From: Acidobacteriota bacterium
GTDB taxonomy: Bacteria; Acidobacteriota; Vicinamibacteria; Vicinamibacterales; UBA2999
Direction of reading: 5' to 3'
Length of the DNA: 64,000 nt
NCBI GenBank assembly: GCA_009694735.1
Contig: SHUG01000005.1
Coordinates: 1,390 to 65,389, forward strand
Of this stretch, positions 63,632-64,000 are shown piece by piece. Positions within the stretch are counted from its first letter, which is position 1, and each line of letters begins with the position of its first letter. The position numbers and the translations under genes were made by a program. The notes below the pieces were generated by a model. It was not told where the DNA came from. It saw nothing but the letters and a program-made list of their open reading frames with translations, and did no database searches.

Positions 63632-64000
63632 TCAGCGCGCGGGCGCGGGGTCGTTCCGGTAGACGACGCCGCCCTTCATCACGAACCTGACGCGGCGCAG
63701 CGTCTCGATGTCCTGCAGCGGGTTGCCGTCAACCGCGACCAGGTCGGCCTGCAGCCCGGGCGCGAGCGCGCCGATCCGGGTGGCGAGGCCCATCGACTCG
63801 GCGGCGAGCGAGGTCGCGCCGATGATGGCGTCCATCGGCGCCTGTCCGCCGTTCTTCACGCGCGCGATGATCTCCCGCGCGTTTTGGCCGTGGCCGCCGG
63901 CGACGGCATCGGTGCCCATCGGCATTCTCACCTTCGACGCGAGCGCCTTCTTGAACATCGGGTAGTTGGTCGGGATCGCTTTCTCCATGAAGGCGAACCC
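63632..64000 (-). CDS. amidohydrolase-family protein, C-terminal part (5' end outside window)
   Basis: GTDA..GGHG, LAPGLQADLVAVDGNPL and RFVMKGGVVY are typical amidohydrolase C-terminal motifs. The frame is open to the window edge. Confidence 0.8.
   Translation of the reverse strand, partial: GFAFMEKAIPTNYPMFKKALASKVRMPMGTDAVAGGHGQNAREIIARVKNGGQAPMDAIIGATSLAAESMGLATRIGALAPGLQADLVAVDGNPLQDIETLRRVRFVMKGGVVYRNDPAPAR

Overview
High-GC (roughly 65-70%) bacterial chromosome segment. Gene content suggests an Acidobacteriota-like soil organism, but that is inference only. Coding density is high and most long antisense ORFs in the track are GC-driven shadows. I support about 45 intact CDS. The dominant theme is secreted or periplasmic peptide scavenging. 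There are four TonB-dependent receptors with carboxypeptidase-regulatory-like N-termini (one frameshifted). Peptidases include M14, M19, two M28, S9 and M24, plus glutaminyl cyclase and three beta-lactamase-fold serine hydrolases. Several beta-propeller proteins are present (TolB-like, BamB/PQQ-like, sortilin/BNR, NHL, FG-GAP). Other genes include two PQQ dehydrogenases (one with an internal cytochrome c domain), a LytS/LytTR two-component pair and a membrane HD-GYP/GAF/degenerate-GGDEF protein. There is also a fused 2-oxoacid dehydrogenase E1 alpha/beta, a cytochrome-c/beta-barrel fusion next to a blue-copper protein, and an orphan AAA+ ATPase. Four PIN-domain toxin-antitoxin pairs are present, plus a small nucleotidyltransferase pair that may be a fifth TA-like module. 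I found no rRNA, tRNA, CRISPR array, integrase or intact transposase. The non-standard signals are: (1) several decayed genes, including a Ser/Thr kinase-propeller gene with two in-frame stops and two frameshifts, one inside a 7-bp microsatellite; (2) REP-like hairpins next to a remnant REP-associated tyrosine transposase (RAYT), with copies inside coding sequence; (3) many short tandem arrays (period 7, 8, 9, 15, 21) at gene boundaries and a dispersed GATGACRCAGAT motif, which forms a 26-bp inverted repeat enclosing a start codon; (4) a recurrent TANNNT hexamer 5-8 nt upstream of 12 start codons, suggesting leaderless mRNAs; (5) a head-to-head junction of two 5'-truncated gene fragments beside a 375-bp low-GC spacer. 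I cannot identify a clear complete novel multi-gene system. The best candidates are flagged with modest scores.
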